From: Eledone cirrhosa
Taxonomy: Eukaryota
Direction of reading: 5' to 3'
DNA: 64,000 bases
Assembly: GCA_964016885.1 (NCBI GenBank)
Contig: OZ024740.1
Location: forward strand, 283,836,001-283,900,000
Both the position numbers and the translations under genes were made by a program. The notes under the pieces are model-generated. The model saw only the letters and a program-made list of their open reading frames with translations. It did not search any database and was not told the origin of the DNA. Numbering within the stretch: the first letter of the stretch is position 1; every line of letters starts with the position of its first letter. Shown in pieces: positions 13,424 through 26,579 of the stretch.

Positions 13424-13491
<68 letters not shown>

Positions 13492-14091
13492 TATTTCTTT
13501 ATTAGCCACAGGGGCACAAAAGAAGGGGACAAATACAAAGGGGGAAGTTTACATACAATAAAAACGTGTAAAATGTTATCACAGATGGAATTTAAAAGTT
13601 AGTCGATTTTCCCCAATAGAGGGAGACAGTTTATATGGGTAACACAGACCCCCGAAAAAAATGTGCAACCCTCATCTCCAGGAGTACGAAGAGCTTGTAC
13701 TCCTTTCCTCTCCTCCTCCTTTTCCTCAACCTACAGGCTGATATAGAGAGAAGGCCCATTCACTCGGGCCATTCTCGCCACTTTCACCCACCTTTCATAA
13801 AACTTGCTGGGGTACAGCACCTCTCTCTCCATCCTGATTCTTCTTCCAAAGTGGTATTTGAAAAAAAGAATCAGTTGTTGGCCGGAGAGAAAGGTGTCTG
13901 ACCTCAGCCCTTTCAACCTTGTCCACCATACAACCTCTTTCGCCATAGCTATCACACAAAGGAAAACCGCCTCTCCTTCGTTTTTGAAGGAGGGTGGCGG
14001 TTTGATCATGACAATGGACTCGGTGGTCAACTGGATTGGTCCCACCCGCGCTTCTCCCACCAGGTTCTCGACGACAAGCGCCAGAATCTTT

Positions 14092-14172
<81 letters not shown>
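12195..14172 (-). mobile_element. Three near-identical tandem internally deleted Tx1 derivatives separated by (GATA)n
   Basis: Each unit of about 600 bp fuses RT residues LALVVENLVGEA directly to C-terminal RVGPIQLTT...SLYISL plus the 3' UTR. Confidence 0.9.
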
Positions 14173-14174
<2 letters not shown>

Positions 14175-14206
14175 TACATTATGTTGTTTACCAACATAAT
14201 GTAATA

Positions 14207-17200
14207 TGAACCAAATTTCGAATGAGCATTACAGGGGTACCAACTTTAAGTTTCAAAATGTACCTCTATTGGATAGTTGATGACGTCCTCGGGGTCAGGA
14301 GTTCTATCGATAGACTTATATACGTAGCCATCCCCAGGAATGAGTTTTAGCATTTGATCATTAATATGGTTAACAGTTTTATTCCTCGGGGCCAGAATAG
14401 CCCTTTGGGCAAGCCAATCCATATTCTGATAATTTGCTTGGAGATCTGGGAATACTGCATCCCTGAGATCAGAAGGCGTAATAACAACGGTACAAAGTGA
14501 GTCGATGGCAATATTACCCTTTTCATCCCCGGGCGTTTTGCCATCGCCAAGTGCAAGGAGGGTGTGAGAAAATGCTGCTGATGCGATATCACCTCGCATA
14601 TGAGAACGCATGTTAGTGTGAAGTTTCAGAGTCTTCACCAGAGGCCACAATGCGGATGACTTAAGACACGCACGTACTGCATCAGCTCTAGTCCCCTTGG
14701 GAATAACGGGCAGCGTTTGCCTGAAGTCCCCTGAAAGAAGAAGTGTTATGCCTCCCATTGGAGCCGTAGAGTCTTTGATGTCTCTCAGAGTTCTATCGAG
14801 CGCCTCAAGAGCACCTCTGTGGGCCATCGTGCATTAGTCCCAAACGATAAGCTTGCATCGTCTGAACACTTCTGCCTGATCGTAGCTCTTACTGATGTTG
14901 CAAGTGGGTGTCTCAGTCTTCGCTAAGTCAAGCGGGAGCTTGAAATAGGAGTGAGCTGTCCTGCCGCCCGGCAACAAAGTAGCCGCAATTCCAGATGATG
15001 CCACAGCTAAGGCAATGCCTTCTGTTCGCCTAATCTCAGCTAATATTAATTTGGTGACAAAAGTTTTCCCAGTCCCCCCAGGAGCGTCCAGGAAAAAAAT
15101 CCCCCCAGCTTTGCCCCAGACAGAATTAACAACGGAGTTGTAAGCGAATTTCTGTTCTGGAAGGAGCTTTGGCTCATTCTCCGCTATGTACTGGGAAAGC
15201 TCGTCAACATTATAAGATGTCTCACGCAGAAATCCGAAGACAGAGTGTTTGCTCCTTCCCGTTTTGTTGAAGGTAGGCCATACACAGCCAACGCACTACC
15301 GCCTATATCGAGAACAGTATCTTCGATTTCAAGCAGCGCCCTGTTGTAAATGAGGTCACTGTACCCGACCTCCATCGATGGGTTTAGCAACTGAGCGTGA
15401 CGCAGGAAATCTTCAGACATGTAATCTTTGTAGCTAAGCCATAAAGAGGACGGATCACCCAAGTCGCACCATAGAAGTAGAATAGCGAAAAGCGATCTTA
15501 GTCGTTTAGGAGATTTCAACAAAACGCCCTCTGCCATAGTGGCGCCCCATTGTGAATCATCCTCCAAAAAGCCACGCCTAAAGCAGGCTTCCCGGAAAAT
15601 ATCACATAATTCACCGTAAACACTTCTTATTTCTCGGAAGCTTTGTGGGCCAAAAACCTCATGGAGGAGAAGGCGCAGGTGAAAACACTCATGCTGGTTG
15701 GGAGGTACAGTGTACACTCTTCCTAGACAACTGTCAAACTTGACACCAGGATGTCCTTCAACATCCTGACCTGACTTCCTACGCACCCAAGTGTTGTTTG
15801 ACTACACGTAGTAGGACGGGACCTGAGGATATGAAAGTGTTTTTTGAAAATGTGTCAAGTTGGCAAAGCGTAAAAAAAAACAGTCAAAGTTGTTTCTTTT
15901 GGATTGGCCGCCAAATGAGCAGCAGTCTGTTCGGTAAAGTAAGCCCACTGGCCGTTTTCCAAATGAACCGCTAGTTGTATGATGGCGGGGTGCCTTTGGT
16001 GAAGTGGAAACTCGAATATCCGCCAAAAAGCTTCACCACTGCTGATATATCGACCTGCCAAGTACTCCGAGACCTCGTCCCTGCTATTGTTGTTTTGAAG
16101 GCCGAACATGGCAGCGTCGGAACCCTTGTTAACATATTTACATATGTACTTTATCGACTTCACTGAATGACAGAACTTTTATATGAGCGTTGAAAGTTTT
16201 CATCAGAAATGGACAGTACGGGACCACCCACCTATTATCAACTTGATGACCCCGTAACGTCATAGTGAATCCACCGTTCTCAGGCCGCCTTCGTCTGTAC
16301 AGTGGGTATCCGTCGCCGCCGGTCTGGGTCTCCTCAACAAACCTCTTTGGGTATCGTTTAGTGCACACATGGTCCTTGTGGCATGAAGAGAACTCTTGAA
16401 AACCGGGACCGCACGGACCGTGCACCATGTGTGCCTTCACAATGTCGTACAGCTGCCGGTCAACAACGAGGTCCGGTATTTCTGCTGCGATGACGTCATC
16501 TATAACTGTAGAGTCTATTTTGGTGACCAACCAAACCAAAATGTGCGCGTGTGGCAACCCTCTCTTCTGCCACTCAACATTATACATGTGGCACCTAACA
16601 GGCCCGAAAACCTTCCCTTTTTTTATTAGATCAATTAGCTTAGCCAGCTTCTGCCTGAAAACGCTGGCAATAATATCATGCCGATGGCAGTACTGCTGCC
16701 CTGGGATAAGTTCCCGCGTAACCTCAACCCATTTGGGGTTACACGTAAACGTGATGAATAAATCGGAGCACCCATAATGCCGAACGAACGTCATAGCGTC
16801 CTGTGTTCGCTCGTGCATGTACTGCGCCGCCCCCACCCCCCGTATAGGTTGAGGGGAGAATGCACATTTTGCCGATGTTCCGGGGATCAGTGTCATTCCT
16901 GATGCCGTCACGCAAATGGATGTAGGAGTCTGAGCGCAGCTGCTTCTGATTCAATTTTATGAAGCACAGTCTCTCCGACTCCATCTTTGCAGCCATGTCA
17001 ACTGCAAACTGGTGAAACAGTTCCCGTGACCTGTGCAGGGTGCTGAAATCGTTAGGCCTCGTCATGAAGCGGTATGAGTATAAAGCCATGCATGAAACAG
17101 TTTTAGATGTCGCAGCAGTGGGCTCGTTTGGTTTGCGCTGAGGAATGCCGAAATGGTACCCGTCTTCTCCGTATCCAAAAGAAGGGGATACTGCAGGGCG

Positions 17201-18609
17201 TCGTATGAACGATGCGTCTCATTAATACGTCGAAGACCACTGTCACGACTTTGAAGAACTATGTCTCGCTTATTGTGCTGTTCACCATGGATAACTACGG
17301 CCACTTCATTGCACGAAGGAGCGTTATAACGGCGTGCGTGCTCCCCAGAAGGTCTTTTGTCAGCATCGATGACAATGGTGAAGTTTGGTGAAGGATTTGT
17401 TTCCAATGCGTATTTGAAACTGCGAATATAACTGTTGCGGGCATGAAGCATGTTTTGAAGACCGAGCAGCACGTCCCTTTCCAGAGTGTCAGCGTCAGTG
17501 TTTGCAGGTGTTGGAATAACGCCGAACCGCGCATCAACTTGCCGACTGTAGTTAGAAATGAAGTAAATTTGAAGGAACGAAGGCTTGCAATTTTGTAGTG
17601 GCTGGAGCGACCCAATAAGATGGTACACCTTCCCCTGGACCTTGAAAGTAGGCATCCAACCACTTTCTCTGACAACGTTAGCCCCGAAAGAAGTCATTTG
17701 AAACGCACAATTGTACTTCCTGATGAGTTGAAGGAATTTGGATGACCTTGAGGTAGAACCAGTAAGTAGTTCCTTCAAAGGCTCTGATGGTTCCCCAAGT
17801 GGGGGCAAGCTGACCTTACCGTTTAAGCAGCACATTGCAGGTGGCTCCCCAGCCCACTTTTTAGCATTGCAGAATTTCCAATTAAAGCGCATTTCCCCTA
17901 TATTTATGTCGGCACGCATCGAGTAGTTAACGTTGGGCTCATACTTGAAAGCCCGTAGGTGCCAGTATGGGCTGTCGGGGCTCGTCACACCGCGGGCAAT
18001 TTCTTGTCGTCGACTGTTCCGCTCCAACGTAGAATGTTGCTCCTGTGGGTCGTGGGAAGCTCTCGCAGCAGTAGCAGAAGTCACCCTTGCAATCCTAATG
18101 GAGCGCCCGTCTGCATCTTCAGAAGCCATGGAAGCAGTCATAGCCGCAGCGTTCCTAGCATGGCGATTCGTCCGCCGTTCCACACCTTCCAAAGCCCTGG
18201 AAGCAGCAGTAGCCGCAGCGTTTCTATTCAGTCGAGCCGCCCTTTGTTCCCGGCCCTCTGAAGCCCTAGAAGCAGCAGTAGCCGCAACGTTCCTATTCAG
18301 TCGAGCCGCCCTTTGTTCCGGGCCCTCTGAAACCCTGGAAGTAGCAGTAGCAGCGTTTTGGAGGGAATGACGTATCGCCCGCTCCGAATCGTACATCGCA
18401 GCACGTCTCAAGGCGTCGTATGAGGCCATCTAGGCTAGGCGTGCGGTGCGTTGTTGAAAACTTTCAGCAGCTCTGCATTCCGCTGAACGTAAGGCGCTCT
18501 GTGAAAGTCTTAAAGCAGTTTCCTCGGGGAGCTCGTTTGCTGTAATCGCCCTCTGCGCCGCCGCTGACGCGGTATGGCGACCGAGGCGTCTTTTCTTTTT
18601 AGGTGGCAA
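14207..18609 (-). pseudogene. Helitron Rep/helicase, multiple frameshifts and stops
   Basis: FITFTCNP, VEWQKRGLPHAHIL and KYICKYVNKG (HUH Rep). DAPGGTGKT, GDFRQTLPV, RAILAPRN and LKLKVGTPVMLIRNL (PIF1). The probable start codon has mutated to TTG before PPKKKRR. Confidence 0.9.
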
Positions 18610-19683
18610 TTTATGTGAAAAGGAAAGGGTGAAAGTTACTTCTACAGCAAAATTGCCTTTGAAAGTATAAGGCTGAAAACTGTTTGCGTTCCGCAGGGGA
18701 AAAAATGGGAGAACGAACGGCAAATAAATAACTCACAGTTTGTTGAAAGCGCGCTTCTGTCAGCAATTTGAAGTTGTTTGGCCAAAAATCCCTATTTGTT
18801 GTTTTTTTTCACTCAATATGCGTGTAAATATGTTATACACAAAATGTAATTGTGTGTGAGTATGTATTTTTTTTTTTTTGATTTTTATGTTGAGTAGAGA
18901 GAGGAAATTATTTCCGTAATTGTGGGTGATTTTGAAATAAATAAATAGTCGTTGACCTAAGTTAGACCATTTACAACATTCTTACAGAGGCAAATAAATA
19001 ACTCACAGTTTGTTTAAAGCGCGCTTCTGTCAGCAATGTGAAGTTGTTTGGCCAAAAATCCCTATGTGTTTTTTTTTCACTCAATAAACGTGTAAATATG
19101 CAGCAATGTGAAGTTGTTTGGCCAAAAATCCCTATGTGGTTTTTTTTTTCACTCAATAAACGTGTAAATATGCAACAATGTGAAGTTGTTTGGCCAAAAA
19201 TCCCTATGTGGTTTTTTTTTCACTCAATAAACGTGTAAATATGTTATACACAAAATGTAATTGTGTGAAATTATTGAGTGGGTTAGTGGGTTTATAAACG
19301 TATATAAGAGATGTAAGCGTCATGTATTTAACGTTTGTCTCTGTCTCTCTGGTTACCTCCTTTATTTTTTTCTCTCTCTCTAAAGGAAATTATTAAGGAG
19401 TGGGTTTATAAGCGTATATAAGAGAAGGTTGCAGTATGTATGGGAGTTAGGTAGAGTTACTCAGATTGCATTAGGGGGGTAAAGCGTCATGTATTTTGTT
19501 TTATCGATTATTTCCGTAATTGTGGGTGAGGTTGAAAGAAATAAATAGTCGTTGACCTAAGTTAGACCATTTACAACATTCTTACAGACTTTGAGTCGAA
19601 TTGGTTTGAAATTGTGCAAATGTATAAACATGGAACATGTGCACACACAACAACAACAACAACAACAATCTGCTTTTTATAGA
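14207..19683 (-). mobile_element. Helitron (RepHel), 3'-truncated
   Basis: 5' end A|TCTATAAAAAGCAG at 19683, a repeat-rich 5' UTR, and Rep and PIF1 helicase domains. Confidence 0.9.
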
Positions 19684-19769
19684 TAATTGTTTCCACTTTT
19701 GGCACAAGGCCAGCAATCACCAGTACATTACTGGTACTTTATTTTATCGACCCCGTAGATGATATATAT

Positions 19770-19906
19770 ACCTATCTTTTTATATTTTGTTATTGCCTCC
19801 TCCTTATTGAGGACGCCTTTTTGTGTAAACTCCCCCCTTTGTACTTGTCCCACTTTTGATGCCCTAGTGGCAAATAAAAGAAATATATCTATTTATCTAT
19901 TTATCT
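19770..19906 (+). mobile_element. Tx1 3' UTR fragment with ATCT-type tail
   Basis: Matches the 3' end of family A (gatgccctagtggcaaataaa...atctatttatct). Confidence 0.75.
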
Positions 19907-22900
19907 CTGGGATGGACACATGTGTTAAACTTGCTCGGTAAGTCTTGTTTAAATTTCTTTAGAAATTCGTCATTGTGAACGTTTATTTTTATACCAATTT
20001 GTAGAAGGACCGACAGGTCAAATTTTGATCTGGTCAGTCTCCCAAAATATCGTGCCCCTCAGGGCAAAATCATCCAACATATTTTCGAAAATATTTTTGT
20101 AATTTTAAAAAAATGGCCGAAGCAAAGGCACCTACTTCTTTGTCAATACAAGAAGATGGGAAGGGAAAGCCATGCCTACTTGACCAGCAGATAGTAGCAG
20201 ACATGGACAAAGGAATGCCAACATTATCGCCTCAACATTTCGAAGAGGAACAAGCTTCAGTTGCTTGTAAGCAACTGAACACGCCTAACGTCACAAACGT
20301 CACATATATCCACACACAGAAGGAAGAATGTGTAGCAAATACTAACACAACCACAAACAACAAAAACAACAACAACAAAATAAATGAGAACAACAACAAT
20401 ACAACAAAAGGAATCAGTGGCAACACAACGAATGAGACCATCATCACCACCAACAACAACAATAACAAAATTTCATTTGCAGCAACCGTTGCTAACCAAC
20501 AGGATTTTAAATACTACTCCATGGACATTTCCCAAAAGTCCCAATATTTGGAAGGAGCTTCCAACTATGTGACGTTTGAGGGAGACACCCCACACATACA
20601 CATACCCCCACAAATAAGAGAGATGACACAGAAAAGAAACTGATCTATAGAACTGTTGACATCATTACCAAAAAACCCATAACGCTCCTCCCAACAAGCA
20701 CTATGGAAGCTGCACTAAAATATATCAAGCCAGACGTGGCATACCTCCAAATCGCTAAACAGTATGGAAGTGTGTCAGTGCTCTTTAAGAGTGAAACTCT
20801 GGCTCAAAAACACTCGGTTCACCCAATAAAAACGGATCAACACATCATTTTCTTCCCCACATACATGGGAAGAAGATCCTACAAAATAAAAATAACCAGG
20901 ATCCCAGCAGAGGTCAACATATGGTGGATCCTACGCTGCATCCTGAAGAAGGATGAGGACACCCTCCTATCTGTAGACAGGACAGACCGGAATAATTGGT
21001 TTGGAACCTGCATCGAGGTTCTGGTACAAATGAAGCCATAGAGAGTTGAGAAAATTCCGGACAGGATCGTCCTTGAGGAAGATGTCATCTCCATTTTAGT
21101 GGAGGGGAAAAGACCTCGGTGCCATAATTGTGGGAAAACCACACACTTAAAGGCCTTTTGCTCTCTCTTAAACAAACCGAGGACAAACATTATTACCAAC
21201 ACCAAAATCCCAACATCAACACCCCAAATCAAACACAACACAAAAACTTACAATATCCACTCCCACACCACCTCAGACCAGAGACAACCACACACACAAA
21301 ATCCCACTGAAAAACCCTCCATTGCCTCCTCCCTCCCTGTCAAATACTTCCACAAACACCTGCACAAACACTCTACCACACAACACACCCCTCCCATCTA
21401 CCCCTGATTCAGAAGTCTCAGACACGGGAACCTCTACATCTCCAAGTGAGAATGAAGAGGAACCCCAAAAATCCAAAAAAAAAAAACGATACAAAAAAAA
21501 TACAAAAACAAAAACATCTACAGAAAACATGCACACACCCAACCCCACCATAAACACACCACCACAAACGACAAACACACCAACAACACAATCACCACCA
21601 ACTCAACCAAACACTTCACCAACAAAACAAACACCCACACCACCACAATCACAAACCCCAACCTCAAAAAGAAAACTACAAACAGAAACAGTACACATAA
21701 AAAACAAAACACATTACACATACATAAAAACAATAAACAAAGAACTAATAGAAACTGTCCGAAAGGACCCTACTATCCAAACGGAAGGGAAAACCTTCCC
21801 CACCAACGACCCACCCCCAAACCTCAAACTGATCAGGGTAACAACCCTACAACATGAAACATTGAAAGGGACCTTCCCACATGATGTGAGCCCCCCTTGC
21901 CAAAAACCCCTTAACCGTGTTCTGCTGAAAGGATTCCCTCCCTCCACAAACACCCCAATCTGGACATGGAGATCGAACAACCCGACCTCCAGGAAACGAA
22001 AAGGTAAGTGTACCTGCCTTTTCTCTCCCTAACTCTTCTTCACCAACATAGCGACTATACAAGTTGGATGTTTGAATGTACGTGGCCTGGGCATGCCCTG
22101 GAAACAGGGCCAGCTTTTAAATGATCTCAGGTCACATTGTATAGATGTGATAGCCATCACTGAGTCCAGGATTCACGACAAGCAGCAGCTAACCCCCATG
22201 TTCGATGACTTTGAGATATACGCATCTCTCTGTCAGCCAGGAGGTGGAGGGGGAGTTGCTGTTCTGTTTCGAAAAAACTTGGACTCAAAGCACAGACCAT
22301 TCACTTGGACCCGGAGGGCAGCTTGGTGGTCCTGGACGTGAATGGTAGTGAAGGTGGAGCTTTCAGACTGATGGCCGTATATGCCCCGACTGGGACATCG
22401 CGACCAGAGTTCTTCAAGCGTCTGGAGCCATTCCTGGGAACGTCTTGCTCCTTAGTGTTAGTGGGGGGGGGGCTGGAATAGCATATTAGATGCACGTTGG
22501 GACTATGTAGGAGCTTGTCATAATAGAAGGGGTGTAATAACCTCAAACATCTCATCAGCCAATTCCAACTCGCTGATAGATATCGATTAGACTTCCCAAG
22601 CGTACCACTGTGGACGTGGAGTAACCGCACAGGGTCTTCTAGATCATATTTAGATAGATTTTAATTAGACAGAATGATAAGGAAACATTAAGCTGTCCAC
22701 AAATGCACATGGTTGCCTATTCAGACCACAAATTAGTCACCTGCGTTGTCAACCTTGATAGAACACATAGACAGGGACCCGGATACTGGAAGCTAAACAT
22801 GTCGCTTCCGGCGCGTAAGGCCTACAGTAAGCGGATTAGCACCAGGTGGTGGAGCTCTCTCAAGAGAGCAATTAGAATAAAATCGATAGCATTTAGCAAG

Positions 22901-24057
22901 GAAGTAGCTTTAGAAAAAACCAAAACCGAAAAGGAACTGGTAGCTAAAGTAGAAAAGGCACTTAGGAATGGCAGTACAGCTGACGTGCTAGCGGCGAGAA
23001 CAGCACTAGACCAATTCTTCAACGTGAAACACGAAGGTTGTATTGTCAAAAGTAGAATACGTGCTCTAAGAAACGAGGGAGCCAAAGCTGTTAGCTGTGC
23101 CCGAGTGGCTGAGGCGAAAAGTGGCAACAAATCCATAATTCGGATTTTGCAAGACAAAGATGGACCCATTCTACTTGAATCCAAGCAAATGTTCACGGCC
23201 TTCCAGCAACATTTTGCACAACCATTCGGGCAAAGCGGTACGTCAAGGGAGGTGATGGACTTCAGCTCCTACCTCGACGGTGTACCACGACTCTCGAGCA
23301 CGGATGCAGAGAGCTGCGAAAGGCCGATCACAGCGGGCGAAATAGATGATGCCCTAGATCGCTGCGGGAAATGCAAATCACCCGGTTTAGATGGTATACC
23401 CTATGAGTTTTACATAGGCATGCCAGACTTGTTCTCTGGTGTCCTCGAAGCGGTCTACTGCAACTGGCAGCAGAACGGGAGGATTTCCAGTTCTGTAGAC
23501 AGAGGCGTAGTAACGCTGATCAGGAAAGATGAGAACAAGGGGGATGAGATAAGCAATTTCAGGCCCATAACTCTGCTCAACACAGAGTTAAAGATTTTGG
23601 CCAAGGTGTTAGCAACGAGGCTGGCGCTTGTCGTCGAGAACCTGATAGGGGAAGCGCAAACGTGTGCAATCCCACCAGGTCCATACACGACAACCTCCAT
23701 CTCATGCGATATATCATAGAGAGAGTAGGGTGTAAACCTGGCTTCGGTGGGGCTCTGATCAATGTAGATCAGTCTACGGCATTTCATAGGGTCGATAAAC
23801 AGAGGGAAGACGGGAACACCTACAAAACGTGTTCCTGGTGTTGAGGGTTGTTCTATCGACGGGGTGTAAAACAACCCCGCAGTAGCGTTACCCCCCCCCC
23901 CCCCGTAATGGGGATTTCAATTGTTTTATTTGTATATAGTTTATTGATATTTATCATTGTTAAAGATTTTATGTAAAACCCCCGCCGTCACGTCTTGTAA
24001 TGTCCCATTTGTGTACACCCCTGTGGCAAATAAAGAAATATATCTATCTATCTATCT
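19907..24057 (+). mobile_element. Tx1-clade LINE, family B, with the RT C-terminal half deleted
   Basis: ORF1 at about 20113-22030 (CHNCGKTTHLKAFC) and ORF2 at about 22030-23800 (LNVRGL, ITES, YSDH, PGYWKLN, FRPITLLN, AFHRVD), joined directly to the 3' UTR and an (ATCT)4 tail. Confidence 0.9.
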
Positions 24058-24410
24058 CTCACTCACCCACTCAATCATACACACAGACAACTTTTCCCAC
24101 GAACATACGACTGGAAAAACCAGTAAGCGACTTATCTATTTGGTGGATCTGCTATACCTCAATTCAAAATCAATGAAACGTGGTATATATACGACATATG
24201 TTAACATTACTAAATTACTGTAATATACATCCAAACCTAATCTTATTCAAATGAAAGTTATTTAAGTTAGTCAATTTTCTAAAGATTAGAGAATTTTTTC
24301 AAGGGAAATAACTCCTATAGTAAATATAATTTTTTCAAGTTATTTACCTTGATAATCATATTTTATTTGTTATTCTTATGCCGTATATATATATGATATA
24401 GATATAAGTT

Positions 24411-24576
24411 TATCCCGGGTTCAATCGGGGGTAACCACAGTAAGTAAGGTACTCAATACAAAGCAGATTACAAATACTTAATATAGAAATGGCTTCTACA
24501 GGACTAGAACTGTTTCATTCGGGAGAAATCATCGATGATTTTTCCTGAATGAAACAGTTCTAGTCCTGTAGAAGCC
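24411..24576. repeat. Fold-back element (Penelope pLTR-like) with partial hammerhead; second copy at about 51993-52180
   Basis: Inverted arms ggcttctacaggactagaactgtttcattc / gaatgaaacagttctagtcctgtagaagcc. The second copy shows CTGATGA-tttccttcgaat-GAAA at 52124-52146. Confidence 0.65.
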
Positions 24577-25312
24577 TATTTATATATATATATATATAAA
24601 TGAAAAAATAGAGAAATTAATGTGAGCAAGAAGCCAACAGTAATTCATAATATATAAGTGACTATTACGTCAAGATGGAAAATATTTAACGTAAGATATG
24701 GGAAAATAATTCAATCTCAATTAAAAAAAAAGTCAAGACAGAAATTTTATCCACAGATTTTGTATAATCCAGGGGAAAAAACCAATAGAGTCTTAACTCA
24801 GAATAAAATTAAGGGTAAATACTTATCCTTGAATTTTGAAAAATTTACAAATGCTCTATATAGTCTTAAAAAGACTATTTCACGAAACCTTTCAGTGGGG
24901 TTAGTCACGGTTGGAGTCGTTCATCAGTAGAGCTCAACACGATAACTAAGGACCACAGCTAAAATATGCCAAAAGAGAATTTAAAAGCAGGCTAGTTACA
25001 CCTCGTGTGGAATTAAGATAATAAACACACATGAAGAACAGGGCTTAGTGACGTCAGAATGAGACGAATGACTGTTTACAAGAAACAGCACTCAAAATAT
25101 TCCAAAAAAAACTCAACAAAAGGTATGAAGTTCAGCATAAAGCAATATTATCGCGGTTTTAAAAAAAAACCGGGATTAGTCACAAATAATTTTAAGCACC
25201 CTAGGAAAAATTCCGAGTATATATAGTTAAATAAATGAACAGAAAACAAAAAACAGAGAGGCAGTACAAATGATATGGTTTTTAGTTTCATGCTTGAGAG
25301 TGGGGTGTGGGG

Positions 25313-25343
25313 GACGTTCGGGCATAAGCCCTTCATCAGGAGA
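25313..25343 (-). ncRNA. Degenerate hammerhead motif
   Basis: Minus strand CTGATGA-aGGGCttatGCCC-GAA-CG-TC. One A of GAAA is missing and there is no stem I. Confidence 0.4.
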
Positions 25344-25864
25344 ACAGTGGGTAGGAAGATAGTTCCGAGGGTGTGTGGGGAAGTGGTGGAAAGACATTTT
25401 CAAAAAAAATGGGGGGGGGTTAGAGAGTAAAGGAAATTTTTTTAAAAGTACAAATAAAAATAACAATAAAAACAAAAATAAACAAGGGGTGAAAGGGTGT
25501 GAGACATGTAGGGGTGGAGGGGGCTGGAGATGGGAGAGGGAGGCAGGGGGTCCGAGCAGGGAGGGCTGAAGGTGGTGTTTGTGTGTGTGTGTGTGTGTGA
25601 ATGTGAGATTTGGGGGAAGAACGAGGTTCCATATTCAGGAAAAGGTGTGTGCGTGGGTGGGGTGTAAGTCGGTGTGTGCGTGCGTGTGTAAGGAGAGGGG
25701 TCATCAGGGGTGGGGGAGGGGGCGTGTGGAATCCGGAGGCTGAGTGTGTATATGTGGGGGTACGCACGTGTGTGATTGTGTGTTTATACGTGGTGTGGAT
25801 GTAGGTGGCATATATATATACACATATCACATATATATATATATATATTTATGTGTGTGTGTGT

Positions 25865-25938
<74 letters not shown>

Positions 25939-25950
25939 GTGTGTGTGGGT

Positions 25951-25986
<36 letters not shown>

Positions 25987-26005
25987 TTATGTGTGTGTGT
26001 GTGTT

Positions 26006-26036
<31 letters not shown>

Positions 26037-26134
26037 AACATATGAAACAATCACAGGGAATAATTTTTTACAGATTATTCCCTGTGATTGTTTCATATGT
26101 TTAATTTATATATATATATATGTCAATCTATTTC

Positions 26135-26181
<47 letters not shown>

Positions 26182-26579
26182 AAAACGGTCGTTAAATGAT
26201 TATGATGATGGTGGGGAGGTATATATAGGTACGTGCGTGTATGAGTTTGAGTGTGCGGGCGGGATGAGATCCCAAAACAATGTTTATTGCCAGTGTCCGA
26301 ACCAATAAACATTGTTTATTGGCGCCTAAAATAGTCCTACGTTGTGCACCACCACCTCCCAGTTATGCCCCCTACTCTCCCAAATAAAATAATTTTAGCT
26401 TCTGTTTGGCTGGAAAACTTCTAAACGTAGTTTTTTGTATATCTTTCTCTGAAAAGTAAAATTGACCTGGGCAGTGTTTAACGAACAACTACTCTCTAAC
26501 GATTGCAAGGTAAAATAAATGTAAACCAAACACATGAAAATATTGACCGATAACAGCGCCGAGTGCTACATGGTTGGAA

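Noticed and set aside
24855-24900. Hammerhead-like motif on the minus strand (CTGAAAG...GAAA, long stem III)
   Set aside because: Core positions 8-9 and stems I and II are not intact, so at best it is a dead relic.
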